Origin: Desulfatiglandales bacterium
GTDB lineage: Bacteria; Desulfobacterota; DSM-4660; Desulfatiglandales; HGW-15
DNA: 64,000 nucleotides
Assembly (NCBI GenBank): GCA_041685835.1
Contig: JAWLEX010000002.1
Location: 1,973-65,972, forward strand
Direction: 5' to 3'
Below, in pieces: positions 47,258 through 56,946 of this stretch; position 1 is the stretch's first letter; every line of letters starts with the position of its first letter. Under the pieces are notes generated by a model. The model saw only the letters and a program-made list of their open reading frames with translations. It did not search any database and had not been told where the DNA came from. A program made the translations under genes and the position numbers.

Positions 47258-48769
47258 ATGAAACTGGGCCGGCTCATAGAAGACCTGGAGGGCGTCGAAC
47301 TGCTCCGTGGTGACGCCGATTGCAGGATTCTTGGGCTGGCGTATGATTCCCGGCTTGTCCGCCCGGGGTTCATGTTCGTCGCGGTCAGGGGACATGCACA
47401 GGATGGTCACGCCTTTCTTTCTGACGCCGTGGATCGAGGGGCCGTCGCCCTGGTGGCGGAGGCTTTTCCCGATAAGCCTTGCGACGCGACACTGATCCGC
47501 GTGCCCGACGCGAGGGCCGCCCTTTCCGCACTGGCGGCAAGGTTTTACGATTATCCGTATCGTGACATGGAGGTGGTCGCGATCACCGGGACCAATGGAA
47601 AGACCTCCACCAGTTATATCCTGGAATCCATACTCCATGCCGCGGGTGCCGGGCCGGGCGTCATAGGCACCATCAACTACAGGTACGGAGACACCCGCAG
47701 ATCGGCCCCCGTGACTACCCCGGAATCCCTTGACCTGATGGCGATGTTGAGGGAGATGGCGGACCACGGGGTCAGCCATGCCGTCATGGAGGTTTCGAGT
47801 CACGCCCTGGAGCAGGGCAGGGTGCGGGGCTGTCCCATGCGGGTCGTGGTTTTTACCAACCTGTCCAGAGATCACCTGGACTACCACTCCGGCATGGACG
47901 CCTACTTCAAGGCCAAGAGCATGCTGTTTCGGCCGTGGGATGAGGGAGGCGTTTCCGGAGAAGGTCCGGCCGTCATAAACCTGGATGACCCCAGGGGAGG
48001 GGAACTGGCTTCCCTGTGCACAAGGCCCGTACGCACATACGGGCTCCAACGGCACTGCGAGGTCCGGGCCGAGATTTTGTCCGAGGACCGAGACGGGTTC
48101 CGCGCGAGACTGCTGGCCCCGGAGGGGGAATGCACCATCCTCAGTTCCCTGATCGGGCGTATAAATCTCTACAACATCCTGGCCGCCGCCGCCGCCGCCC
48201 TTTCCCTGGGAGTAGAAATGGACGCCGTGGCCTCGGGCATTGAAGGGGTGCGGTTTATACCGGGACGATTGGAGCGGGTGGAGAACCGGCGGGGGCTCAG
48301 CCTGTTCGTGGATTACGCCCATACCCCGGACGCCCTGCACAAGGCCCTGGAGGCGGTAAGGCCCCTGGTCCGGGGCCGGCTCATCACGGTGTTCGGATGC
48401 GGGGGTGACCGGGACAGGGGCAAGCGCCCGGAAATGGGGGTGCTTGCCGGAAGGCTCAGCGACCTGGTGTTCGTGACATCGGACAACCCGAGGACCGAGA
48501 ATCCGTTGGAGATCATAGACCAGGTGGAAAAAGGCGTTCGGGCCTCGGGCCTTTCCCGGCTCGAAAACAAAAGTGATCTACAAGACACCAGGGAGGGCTA
48601 CATGGTGGAACCCGACCGCAGGCGGGCGATCCGGCGGGCCGTGGCGGCGGCCGTTCCCGAGGACCTTCTCCTCATAGCCGGCAAAGGTCACGAGGACTAC
48701 CAGATCCTGGGTACGGAAAGGGTGCACTTCGACGACAGGGAGGAAGCGGCCGAGGCCGCCGCGGTTTGA
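47258..48769 (+). CDS. murE: UDP-N-acetylmuramoyl-L-alanyl-D-glutamate--2,6-diaminopimelate ligase
   Basis: 503 aa. Motifs GTNGKTST, DNPR and the C-terminal GKGHE. Confidence 0.92.
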   Translation: MKLGRLIEDLEGVELLRGDADCRILGLAYDSRLVRPGFMFVAVRGHAQDGHAFLSDAVDRGAVALVAEAFPDKPCDATLIRVPDARAALSALAARFYDYPYRDMEVVAITGTNGKTSTSYILESILHAAGAGPGVIGTINYRYGDTRRSAPVTTPESLDLMAMLREMADHGVSHAVMEVSSHALEQGRVRGCPMRVVVFTNLSRDHLDYHSGMDAYFKAKSMLFRPWDEGGVSGEGPAVINLDDPRGGELASLCTRPVRTYGLQRHCEVRAEILSEDRDGFRARLLAPEGECTILSSLIGRINLYNILAAAAAALSLGVEMDAVASGIEGVRFIPGRLERVENRRGLSLFVDYAHTPDALHKALEAVRPLVRGRLITVFGCGGDRDRGKRPEMGVLAGRLSDLVFVTSDNPRTENPLEIIDQVEKGVRASGLSRLENKSDLQDTREGYMVEPDRRRAIRRAVAAAVPEDLLLIAGKGHEDYQILGTERVHFDDREEAAEAAAV

Positions 48770-48807
48770 ACCGCACCGGTCCGGCTTCAAGGAAGGAGAA
48801 GAATCGC

Positions 48808-50295
48808 ATGCCCGCTTCGTGGGGACTTGTCACGGCTGAAGAGATAGCAGCGGCTGTCGGAGCGGAACGGCTCACAGGCCCTGCGGCCGCCGTGATGTCC
48901 GGGATCGGAACGGACACGCGGACCATCAGGCCCGGGGAACTCTTTTTCGCCCTTCGCGGGGAGCGCTTCGACGGCCACGATTTCATAACCACCGCCCTCG
49001 AACGAGGGGCCGCAGGCGTGGTCTGCGAGACGAATTTGACAGGATCCACGGTCCCGGCAGGGGAGCGGCCGGTAATAGCGGTTCGTGACACCTTGAGGGC
49101 CCTGGGAGACATGGCTTCCTGGTGGCGGCATGAGCACGCCGCCTCAGTGTCAGTAATCACGGGCAGTGCAGGAAAAACAACCACCAAGGAGATGGCGGCG
49201 GGCGTTCTGGAACTCGAGGGCTCGACCCTCAAGTCCCAGGGGAATTTCAACAACCTCGTAGGGCTGCCCCTGACTCTCTTCGGGCTCGAGGGAGAACACC
49301 GTTACGTGGTCCTGGAGATGGGAATGAACCTGCCGGGAGAGATCGCCAGGCTCACTGAAATAGCCGATCCCCAGGTGGGGCTGATTACAAACGTGGCCAG
49401 GGCCCATCTGGAGGGGTTGGGTGACATCAGGGCCGTGGCCCGGGCAAAGGCTGAACTCCTGGATTGCATGTCACCTGAAGGCGTTGCGATTCTCAACGGA
49501 GACGACGCACTCCTGATGGCTGAGGCCTCCCGGTTTCAGGGAGTCCTGCTCACCTTCGGGCTTGGTCCTTCGAACGATTTCCGGGCAGAGCGCGTGCGGG
49601 ACATGGGACGGGAAGGGACGTCGTTCATGCTGGTTTCCGAGGGCGGGCGGATCGATGTCCGCCTGTCCGTGCCGGGCCGCCAGAATGTGTGGAACGCCTT
49701 GGCCGCCTCAGCCCTGGCCATGAAGTCGGGCGCATCGCCTGAAAACGTCGCGCGGGGACTCGCGGCGTACAGGGGCATCCCGGGCAGGTTTACAGTCATG
49801 GACCTGCCCGGAGGCGGCATTCTGGTGGACGACACCTACAACGCCAATCCTTCCTCACTCAAGGCGGCCCTCGAATCCCTCGGTGGGCTGGCCGCCGGGA
49901 GGGGGCGAATCATAGTTTGCCTGGGAGACATGCTGGAACTCGGGCGGGAGGCGGTTCCCGCCCATCTGGAAGCCGGACGCATGGCGGCGGAGCATGGGGC
50001 CGAACACATACTGGCCATGGGAGAGCAAGCGGATCACGTCATCCGTGGGGCCCTGGACAGAGGCTTTCCCGCCGGCAGAGCACACCGAATGCGAAACCAC
50101 GAGGAGATGGCCGATGCAATCCTGGACATGCTCGAGGAGGGGGACCTCGTTCTACTCAAGGCATCCCGAGGAATGCGCTTCGAGCGCGTGCTCGAGCGCC
50201 TTTGCGGAACCGGGAGGAAAGGAGGCCGTAATGGTCTCGATCAAGCGGGTCCCGGTGGTGGACGACGAACCGGCCATTCGCCGGCTTCTCTCTGA
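48808..50295 (+). CDS. murF: UDP-N-acetylmuramoyl-tripeptide--D-alanyl-D-alanine ligase
   Basis: Start MPASWGL is preferred. Motif GSAGKTTTKE. A ~30-aa C-terminal tail extends beyond the usual end and overlaps the next ORF by 65 nt. Confidence 0.88.
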   Translation: MPASWGLVTAEEIAAAVGAERLTGPAAAVMSGIGTDTRTIRPGELFFALRGERFDGHDFITTALERGAAGVVCETNLTGSTVPAGERPVIAVRDTLRALGDMASWWRHEHAASVSVITGSAGKTTTKEMAAGVLELEGSTLKSQGNFNNLVGLPLTLFGLEGEHRYVVLEMGMNLPGEIARLTEIADPQVGLITNVARAHLEGLGDIRAVARAKAELLDCMSPEGVAILNGDDALLMAEASRFQGVLLTFGLGPSNDFRAERVRDMGREGTSFMLVSEGGRIDVRLSVPGRQNVWNALAASALAMKSGASPENVARGLAAYRGIPGRFTVMDLPGGGILVDDTYNANPSSLKAALESLGGLAAGRGRIIVCLGDMLELGREAVPAHLEAGRMAAEHGAEHILAMGEQADHVIRGALDRGFPAGRAHRMRNHEEMADAILDMLEEGDLVLLKASRGMRFERVLERLCGTGRKGGRNGLDQAGPGGGRRTGHSPASL

Positions 50296-50530
50296 TGTGC
50301 TCTCGGCGCCCGGTCACGGTGTCTTTACGGTCCGGGGCGGGCATTTCGACCTGATCATCACGGACGTGAACATGCCGGGCATGGACGGAACAGGCCTCCT
50401 CCGCCGGATGAAGAAGCACAGGAAAGCTTTTCGAATAACATCGTTCATGAAGACCATGGATGCTGCTCTCGTCAACAGGCGCGTGAGATCGGGATGGACG
50501 AGCCAAGAGAAAAGAAAGGCAACGGCCTGA
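50231..50530 (+). CDS. Degenerate CheY-like receiver-domain ORF (99 aa), possibly a decaying gene
   Basis: VPVVDDEPAIRRLL…FDLIITDVNMPGMDGTGLLRRMKKH. SD GGAAAGGAGG upstream. The alpha2-beta2 region and the conserved T/K distal half are absent. Confidence 0.45.
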   Translation: MVSIKRVPVVDDEPAIRRLLSDVLSAPGHGVFTVRGGHFDLIITDVNMPGMDGTGLLRRMKKHRKAFRITSFMKTMDAALVNRRVRSGWTSQEKRKATA

Positions 50531-50533
50531 ACC

Positions 50534-51613
50534 ATGCTGTATAAGCTCATATACCTTTTCCATCAGGACATCTCATTGCTGAATGTGTTCCGGTATATAA
50601 CATTCCGGACCATCTTGTCGGCCTTGTCCTCTATGGCGATTGTGCTTTTCCTGGGCAAATGGGGGATCGACAGGCTTCGTGCCATGCAGGTAGGGCAGTT
50701 CATTCGTGAGGACGGCCCCCCCAATCACATGAGCAAGGCGGGCACGCCCACCATGGGAGGGTGCCTGATCCTGCCCGTGGTCATTCTTTCCACCATCCTC
50801 TGGGCGGAGCCCCATAACACTTATGTCTGGCTCGTTGTGGTGGTTTTTCTCGGCTTCGGAGGGATCGGCTTTTCGGACGATTACATCAAGCGGGTGCGAA
50901 AGAGCAGTCATGGATTGAGCGCCCGGGCCAAGTTCGGACTGCAGTTTCTGGTGGCCCTGGTCACGGTGCTCTTCCTCTACATGCATCCTGAATTCGACTC
51001 TCGTCTCATGGTGCCTTTTCTCAAGCAGATTCAGCCGGATCTGGGGTACTGGTACATCCCGTTCGCCGTGTTCATTATCGTTGGGGCGTCCAACGCCGTC
51101 AACCTGACCGACGGCCTGGACGGCCTGGCAATAGGGCCGATCATCGTAGCGTTCAGTTCTTACCTGGTCTTCTCCTACCTCGCGGGGCACGTGAAGATCG
51201 CGGAATACCTCCAGATCCCCTATGTAGCGGGAGCAGGGGAGCTCTCCGTGGTATGCGGAGCCGTGGCAGGAGCCGGGCTGGGGTTCCTCTGGTACAACGC
51301 GTATCCCGCCGAGGTCTTCATGGGAGATGTGGGATCTCTTCCCCTGGGTGCCGTGCTGGGGACCGTGGCCGTGATCACCAAGCAGGAACTCGTGCTGGTC
51401 CTGGTAGGAGGCCTCTTTGTGGTGGAGGCCCTTTCAGTGATCTTCCAGGTTGCGTACTTCAAGCTCACCGAGGGGAAAAGGATATTCAGGATGGCCCCCC
51501 TCCATCACCATTTCGAACTCATGGGCTGGCCCGAGAGCAAAGTGACCGTTCGTTTCTGGATCATTGCGGTGATACTGGCGCTCCTGGCCGTCAGCACCCT
51601 GAAGCTCAGGTGA
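50534..51613 (+). CDS. mraY: Phospho-N-acetylmuramoyl-pentapeptide transferase
   Basis: 359 aa. Motifs NAVNLTDGLDGLA and MGDVGSL. Confidence 0.93.
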   Translation: MLYKLIYLFHQDISLLNVFRYITFRTILSALSSMAIVLFLGKWGIDRLRAMQVGQFIREDGPPNHMSKAGTPTMGGCLILPVVILSTILWAEPHNTYVWLVVVVFLGFGGIGFSDDYIKRVRKSSHGLSARAKFGLQFLVALVTVLFLYMHPEFDSRLMVPFLKQIQPDLGYWYIPFAVFIIVGASNAVNLTDGLDGLAIGPIIVAFSSYLVFSYLAGHVKIAEYLQIPYVAGAGELSVVCGAVAGAGLGFLWYNAYPAEVFMGDVGSLPLGAVLGTVAVITKQELVLVLVGGLFVVEALSVIFQVAYFKLTEGKRIFRMAPLHHHFELMGWPESKVTVRFWIIAVILALLAVSTLKLR

Positions 51614-51682
51614 GGGGGCCGGGGACATGGATCTGTGGAGTTGGCAATCAGAGGCTGAGAGCCGACCGGTCAGGGGGGGAGT

Positions 51683-51859
51683 ATGGAAACGGACGAGCTG
51701 AAAGCCATCCTCGGGTGCTGGAGGTATAGGTTTCAGCACCGGGCCAATCCCCTGCATGTGTACTGCCGTCTGGTGGACCTGGGACTGGGTCGGTTCATTT
51801 CCCGCAGGATCTGCATGTTCTACGAAAAAATCGTTTTTCTTCCGGGAAGGCGGGGATGA
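51683..51859 (+). CDS. Candidate 58-aa basic protein (below the ORF-track size cutoff)
   Basis: My own translation is METDELKAILGCWRYRFQHRANPLHVYCRLVDLGLGRFISRRICMFYEKIVFLPGRRG. GGGGGGAG lies 3 nt upstream of the ATG. The stop overlaps the murD ATG (ATGA). It fills the otherwise anomalous 242-nt mraY-murD gap. Confidence 0.35.
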   Translation: METDELKAILGCWRYRFQHRANPLHVYCRLVDLGLGRFISRRICMFYEKIVFLPGRRG

Positions 51860-53238
51860 AGGAAGGGCTGATAATCAAGGGGAAGCGCATGGTGGTGGTG
51901 GGGCTGGGACGCTCCGGCTCGGCCGCAGCTCTATGGCTGGCCGGCCGGGGTGCCGAGGTGACGGTCAGCGATTTGCGGCATGAGGCTGACTTTCATCCCG
52001 ACCTCATTAAGAAGATCCGGGAGGCCGGGATCCGGCTGGAGGCGGGCGGGCATGACGCCGGGACCTTTTGTGGCGCCGATCTGATTGTTGTCAGCCCCGG
52101 GGTGCCTGATGACATCCCACCCGTTAAAGCCGCCCGGGACTCGGGGATTCCGGTGCTCGGCGAGATGGAACTCGCCTGCCGTTTCCTGGATATACCCATG
52201 GCGGGTGTGACGGGCACGAACGGTAAGTCTACAGTCACGGCCCTACTTGGAGAGATGTTGCGGAATACGGGACGCCGGGTGTTCGTGGGCGGGAACATCG
52301 GCACACCCCTGATGGACCTTGCGGCCGGTCCCGGTGAGTATGACTGCGCCGTGGTCGAGGTGTCCAGTTATCAGCTCGACACGATTGAGAGCTTTCGACC
52401 CGATGTCTCCGTCGTGCTGAACATCACCCCGGACCATCTGGATCGATATGCGGATTACGAGGCATACGTACGAAGCAAGCTCCGCATATTCAGCGGGCAG
52501 GAACCGGACGGTACGGTGGTGCTCAACGACGACGACGAAAGGCTGCGGCAGGTGGACCCGGGGGGGCGACTGCGCGTTTTGCGCTACGGCGTGGAAGAGG
52601 CCCCCGGCAGGGCTGCCTGGGTCTCGAAAGACCATGTTATCACCCGGTTTCCGGGGATGGAGTCCATGGCGTTCTCTCTGGAGCGCTTCGCCCCGCCGGG
52701 TGCTCACAACCGGGAGAACGCCGCCGCCGCCGTTCTTGCGGCCCTGGCCTTCGGGGCCGGGCCCGAGGCGATACAGGAGGCCGTCGATTCGTTTCAGGGG
52801 CTTCCCCACCGGCTGGAACTGGTGGCGGAAGCGGACGGGGTCGCATTTTACAACGATTCCAAGGCCACGAATGTTGACGCTGCCGTGCGGGCGGTTATGA
52901 GTTTTGAGCGGCCCCTGGTGCTGATAGCCGGTGGGCGTCACAAAGGGGCCGACTATGGGGCCCTGGTCAGGGCGGCCCGCGGCCGGGTAAAGGAAGCAGT
53001 GTTTCTGGGAGAGGCGCGATTTCTCCTGGCGCAGGCCTTCGAGGGTGTCCTGCCGGTTCGTCCGGCGGACACACTTGAAGAGGCGGTATTCGAAGCCGCC
53101 GGCCGGGCCGAGCCGGGCGACGCGGTCCTTTTTTCACCGGCCTGTTCCAGTTTCGACATGTTTCGGGACTACGAACATCGAGGACAGGCTTTCATCGACG
53201 CAGTGCTGGGGGAGCTGAATGGCCGCGAAGGCGCATGA
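51856..53238 (+). CDS. murD: UDP-N-acetylmuramoylalanine--D-glutamate ligase
   Basis: 460 aa. Motifs GLGRSG and GTNGKSTV. Confidence 0.92.
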   Translation: MKEGLIIKGKRMVVVGLGRSGSAAALWLAGRGAEVTVSDLRHEADFHPDLIKKIREAGIRLEAGGHDAGTFCGADLIVVSPGVPDDIPPVKAARDSGIPVLGEMELACRFLDIPMAGVTGTNGKSTVTALLGEMLRNTGRRVFVGGNIGTPLMDLAAGPGEYDCAVVEVSSYQLDTIESFRPDVSVVLNITPDHLDRYADYEAYVRSKLRIFSGQEPDGTVVLNDDDERLRQVDPGGRLRVLRYGVEEAPGRAAWVSKDHVITRFPGMESMAFSLERFAPPGAHNRENAAAAVLAALAFGAGPEAIQEAVDSFQGLPHRLELVAEADGVAFYNDSKATNVDAAVRAVMSFERPLVLIAGGRHKGADYGALVRAARGRVKEAVFLGEARFLLAQAFEGVLPVRPADTLEEAVFEAAGRAEPGDAVLFSPACSSFDMFRDYEHRGQAFIDAVLGELNGREGA

Positions 53239-54322
53239 ATCGCGGGGGACGGATTACTGGATCCTGATGCCCACCATTCTCCTGGCGGGGTTCGGCCTGG
53301 TGTTTATATACAGCTCGAGTTCTTTCGTCGCCGAGCACAGGATGGAAGACAGCTACTACTTTCTAAAACGCCAAGGAGTGTTTTGCCTGTTAGGGTTGTT
53401 TCTCCTCATTCTGGCCAAGAATGTCCCGGCCCGGGTATGGGAAAAATGCGCCTATCCTCTCCTTATACTGAGCCTCGGCCTTCTCGTTCTGCTCCTGATT
53501 CCGAACCTGGGCAGGACCGTAGGGGGCGCCAGCCGTTGGCTCCGTTTCTACGGATTCTCTTTTCAGCCGTCGGAACTGGCCAAGCTCTCCCTGGCCGTGT
53601 ACATCGCTTATTCCATGGCCAAGAAGGGGCCGGACATGGGTTCGTTTTCAAAGGGACTCCTGCCGCACCTGCTTATCGTGGGCGTCTTCATGGGCCTGAT
53701 CATTCTGCAGCCCGACCTGGGCACCGCTCTGATCATCGGTTGCTGGCTCATGATGCTCCTCTTCGTGGGAGGGGTTCGGATCTACCAGATCACGGCCCTG
53801 CTGCTAGCCTTCGCACCGGTCGTCGGTTTCCTGATCTGGCTGGAACCTTATCGCCTTCGAAGATGGTGGGCGTTCCTTGAGCCCTGGAAGGATCCCCACG
53901 GGCTGGGGTTTCAGATCATCCACTCGTTTTTGGCCTTCGGATCAGGGGGGGTGTTCGGCGTGGGACTGGGCAACAGCAAGCAGAAGCTTTTGTATCTGCC
54001 CGAGCCGCACACGGACTTCATACTGTCCATCATCGCCGAGGAAGTGGGGCTCATAGGCGTTGCCGCAATAGTGCTGCTCTTCGGCGTGCTGGTGATGCGC
54101 GGCATCAAAGTGGCCCTTAACGCCAGGGACCTCTACAGCACTTATCTGGCACTGGGTATCAGCTGCTTTATCGGCCTGCAGGTAATCATCAACATGGGGG
54201 TGGTCATGGGGCTCCTGCCAACCAAGGGCCTCACCCTGCCCCTGATCAGCTACGGCGGATCCTCTCTGGTGTTGAACTTTCTGGGGATAGGGATACTCCT
54301 GAGCATCGCGCAGAGGAGGTAG
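53219..54322 (+). CDS. ftsW: Peptidoglycan glycosyltransferase FtsW (SEDS family)
   Basis: 367 aa polytopic protein with motifs FQPSELAK and PLISYGGSS. Confidence 0.9.
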   Translation: MAAKAHESRGTDYWILMPTILLAGFGLVFIYSSSSFVAEHRMEDSYYFLKRQGVFCLLGLFLLILAKNVPARVWEKCAYPLLILSLGLLVLLLIPNLGRTVGGASRWLRFYGFSFQPSELAKLSLAVYIAYSMAKKGPDMGSFSKGLLPHLLIVGVFMGLIILQPDLGTALIIGCWLMMLLFVGGVRIYQITALLLAFAPVVGFLIWLEPYRLRRWWAFLEPWKDPHGLGFQIIHSFLAFGSGGVFGVGLGNSKQKLLYLPEPHTDFILSIIAEEVGLIGVAAIVLLFGVLVMRGIKVALNARDLYSTYLALGISCFIGLQVIINMGVVMGLLPTKGLTLPLISYGGSSLVLNFLGIGILLSIAQRR

Positions 54323-54354
54323 GGCCGGCAACGTATGTCGGATCGAGTGAGTCT

Positions 54355-55509
54355 ATGACAGGAGTGGAGACAGAAAGGACGTGTCGCTTATTGATCGCCG
54401 GCGGCGGGACCGGAGGACATCTCTTTCCCGGGCTGGCTACGGCCCGTGAGCTGACGAGACGTTATCCGGATGGAGAGATCCTTTTCGTAACAGGCGAGCG
54501 AAGGATGGAGACGCGTATTCTGGAGAAAGCCGGTTATCGCCGGGTCTCCATTGACGTTCAGGCCCTGAAGGGCCGGGGATGGAAGGGGGGCCTGGCGACC
54601 CTGCTGGGCCTTCCGAGGAGCTTTTTCGAGGCGCGCCGCATAGTGGGGCGGTTTTCCCCCGGGGCGGTTTTGGGCGTGGGCGGCTACTCATCCGGTCCGG
54701 TCTGCGTGGCTGCCCGTACACTGGATGTCCCCACGGCGATTCACGAGCAGAACTCCATCCCGGGGCTCACAAACCGGCTTCTTTCTAGGATCGTGGACCG
54801 GGTGTTCATATCGTTCGAGGAGAGCAGGGATAGATTTCCCGGAGGAATCCGGGTGTTCACCGGGAACCCTGTGCGGGAGGAACTCCTGGATCTCGGCCCC
54901 GGCGATAGAAGGACCGGGGGACCTTTGAGCCTGCTCGTGGTAGGCGGGAGCCAGGGCGCACGTGCAGTGAACACGGCTGTGGCGTACGCCCTGCTCATCC
55001 TGAAACACAGGGGAAGGACCCTCCGGGTGGTGCACCAGACAGGTGAGTACGACTACGAACGGGTCCTTCGCATTTATTCGGAAAGCGGGCTTGAGGGGGT
55101 GGTGACGCCCTTTATCGATGACATGGCCCGTGCCTATCGGAGCGCCGATCTTGTGGTGGGTCGGGCCGGCGCGAGCACGGTGACCGAGTTGGCGGCCATG
55201 GGCAAGCCGTCCATCCTGGTTCCGTTTCCTTATGCGGCCGACGATCACCAGACGGCCAACGCCAGGGCCCTTTCAGAGGCAGGGGGCGCGGTCCTTCTTC
55301 CTCAGCGGGATCTCAGCGCAACATTATTGGCCGATCTCCTGGAGCAATACGATGAGGACCGGGAGAGGCTTGCCCGGGCGGCATCGCGGGCCCGTGAAAA
55401 GGGACGCCCTGAGGCCGCACGGGCCATTGTGGACCAACTGGAGACCCTGATGGGGCTTGAAAGCCCGGGATTCAAAGGGGGCCGGGACGGGCATGAGACC
55501 CTTCGGTAA
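54355..55509 (+). CDS. murG: Undecaprenyldiphospho-muramoylpentapeptide beta-N-acetylglucosaminyltransferase
   Basis: 384 aa. Motifs GGGTGGHLFPG and GGSQGA. Confidence 0.92.
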   Translation: MTGVETERTCRLLIAGGGTGGHLFPGLATARELTRRYPDGEILFVTGERRMETRILEKAGYRRVSIDVQALKGRGWKGGLATLLGLPRSFFEARRIVGRFSPGAVLGVGGYSSGPVCVAARTLDVPTAIHEQNSIPGLTNRLLSRIVDRVFISFEESRDRFPGGIRVFTGNPVREELLDLGPGDRRTGGPLSLLVVGGSQGARAVNTAVAYALLILKHRGRTLRVVHQTGEYDYERVLRIYSESGLEGVVTPFIDDMARAYRSADLVVGRAGASTVTELAAMGKPSILVPFPYAADDHQTANARALSEAGGAVLLPQRDLSATLLADLLEQYDEDRERLARAASRAREKGRPEAARAIVDQLETLMGLESPGFKGGRDGHETLR

Positions 55510-56890
55510 GGTTCAGCATATCCACTTCGTCGGCATAGGCGGCATAGGCATGAGCGGCATAGCCGAACTGTTGCTCAACCTGGGTTACAACGTGACCGGC
55601 TCGGACCTGAGGGAATCCGAGGTTACGGCGAGGCTCGCTTCAATGGGTGCGGTGATTCATCGCGGCCATGGGAAAGAGAACTTGCAGGGGGCGGACGTGG
55701 TGGTTTTCTCATCTGCCGTTCCCAAGGACAACCCGGAAATCCTCGAGGCCATGGAGAGCTTCATTCCTGTGATTCCCCGGGCGGAGATGCTGGCCGAGCT
55801 TATGCGGCTCAAGTACGGCGTGGCTGTGGCCGGGGCGCATGGGAAGACGACGACCACATCCATGATCGCTTCCATCCTCACTAGCGCTGACCTTGATCCT
55901 ACCGTGGTCATCGGCGGGCGCCTGGACATCTGGGGCGGCTCCAACGCCAAGCTGGGCCAGGGGGAAATCCTGGTGGCCGAGTCGGACGAGAGCGACGGCT
56001 CCTTCATGATACTGTCGCCCACCATTGCTGTTGTGACGAACGTGGACCGCGAGCACATCGAACATTACGGGACCATGGACGAGCTGCGGGCCACATTCGT
56101 TGATTTCGTCAACAAAGTCCCGTTCTACGGAGCGGCCGTCGTCTGTCTGGACGACGAGGAGATTCAGGGGATTCTTCCGCGCCTGCGCAAACGATATCTG
56201 ACTTACGGCGTGAATACCCAGGCCGATGTGCGAGCCCGGGAAATGGAAACACACGAGTTCGCCTCGTCGTTCGAGATCGTTCACCAGGACCGCTCTTTGG
56301 GACGAGTCCTGGTGGGTATGCCGGGCCGGCACAACGTGCTCAACGCCCTGGCCGCAATAACCGTGGGGCTGGAACTGGAGGTCGACCTCGATGACATCAA
56401 GGCGGGCCTTCGCAACCTGGGAGGGCTGGCTCGTCGATTTCAGATAAAGGGGGAATCCGGAGGTGTCCTGTTTGTGGACGACTATGGCCACCACCCCACG
56501 GAGATCGTCAACACCCTTGAAACGGCAAGGCTCTGCTGGCCCGAGCGCCGCCTGGTGGTTGTTTTTCAGCCCCACAGGTATTCGCGGACCCGGGCCCTGT
56601 ACGACCGCTTTGTACTGAGCTTCAACCAGGCGGACCTGCTGGTGGTGGCCCCGGTCTACGGTGCGGGTGAGAAACCTGTGGAGGGAGTGAACTCGGACTG
56701 GCTCTGCCAAGGGATAAGGCGGCACGGGCATCGAGAGGTGTTCTTGGGGCGGGACCTGGAGGGGATTCAACGGCTTTTGCAGGAGACCCTTCAACCGGGA
56801 GACGTGGTAATGACGCTGGGTGCGGGGGACGTGAACCGAGTAGGGGAACTCCTACTGGAGAGGCTCGAGGAGGGTTCGCCCGGACTCTGA
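55493..56890 (+). CDS. murC: UDP-N-acetylmuramate--L-alanine ligase
   Basis: Start MRPFGKVQHIHFVGIGGIGMSGIAE is preferred. Motif GAHGKTTTT. Confidence 0.92.
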   Translation: MRPFGKVQHIHFVGIGGIGMSGIAELLLNLGYNVTGSDLRESEVTARLASMGAVIHRGHGKENLQGADVVVFSSAVPKDNPEILEAMESFIPVIPRAEMLAELMRLKYGVAVAGAHGKTTTTSMIASILTSADLDPTVVIGGRLDIWGGSNAKLGQGEILVAESDESDGSFMILSPTIAVVTNVDREHIEHYGTMDELRATFVDFVNKVPFYGAAVVCLDDEEIQGILPRLRKRYLTYGVNTQADVRAREMETHEFASSFEIVHQDRSLGRVLVGMPGRHNVLNALAAITVGLELEVDLDDIKAGLRNLGGLARRFQIKGESGGVLFVDDYGHHPTEIVNTLETARLCWPERRLVVVFQPHRYSRTRALYDRFVLSFNQADLLVVAPVYGAGEKPVEGVNSDWLCQGIRRHGHREVFLGRDLEGIQRLLQETLQPGDVVMTLGAGDVNRVGELLLERLEEGSPGL

Positions 56891-56946
56891 CGGCCCGGGC
56901 GTCCGGCCAAGTGTGACCGAGAGGTCCGGATGTAAGTGGAGCGGCC

